A DNA stretch of 62,674 nt, the filler included, from Phoronis australis (Eukaryota > Animalia > Phoronida): the NCBI GenBank assembly GCA_002633005.1. It is 6 parts of 6 records of this genome, joined end to end, with 100 filler letters (N's around TTAATTAATTAA, not from the genome) between each part and the next. Parts side by side here need not be neighbours in the genome. Positions count along the whole stretch, not along the records: positions 58,699 to 62,674 come from NMRA01001917.1; 5 more parts are not named here. One strand, 5' to 3'. The notes beneath the pieces are model-generated. The model was not told the origin of the DNA. It worked only from the letters and a program-made list of their open reading frames with translations, and did not search any database. Positions within the stretch are counted from its first letter, which is position 1, and each line of letters starts with the position of its first letter. A program made the translations under genes and the position numbers. Shown piece by piece: positions 62,623 to 62,674 of the stretch.

Positions 62623-62674
62623 GGTGCTCCTGGAAACCCAGGTCCTCCGGGCCAAATTGCGAATGTGACGGGAC
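62623..62674 (+). CDS. Collagen exon, runs off the window (GAPGNPGPPGQIANVTG)
   Basis: TTACAG acceptor, Gly-X-Y triplets followed by an interruption containing an NVT sequon. Confidence 0.85.

Overview
AT-rich animal (invertebrate-type) genomic scaffold from a fragmented draft assembly. It has three ordinary N gaps, several single-N contig joins, and five 100-base joins carrying an artificial TTAATTAATTAA six-frame-stop linker, so adjacency across those joins is weak evidence. Host genes: (1) a large minus-strand terminal exon (6503-9208) encoding about 900 aa with eight widely spaced C2H2/C2HC zinc fingers and five PxVxL (HP1-binding-type) motifs; (2) a phase-compatible candidate first coding exon for it on the opposite strand (55169-55255); (3) a TATA-driven signal-peptide exon (30480-30570) with possible small downstream exons; (4) a minus-strand exon with a 21-aa acidic repeat (47339-47766); (5) three Gly-X-Y collagen exons at the right end. 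Most of the rest is transposon-derived: Ginger-like, P-like (THAP, perfect 30-bp TIR, 7-bp TSD), piggyBac-like, Academ-like, Kolobok/hAT-like MITEs, Mag-type Gypsy, Penelope, CR1/L2-like, L1/Tx1-like and RNase H LINE relics, and an SGNH-hydrolase relic. There is also an unclassified repeat combining a ~195-bp hairpin with a tRNA-like module, and a repeat dense in CTCF-like motifs. No prokaryotic systems, CRISPR arrays or rRNA genes are visible. Family assignments rest on motif recognition by eye, not on database searches.
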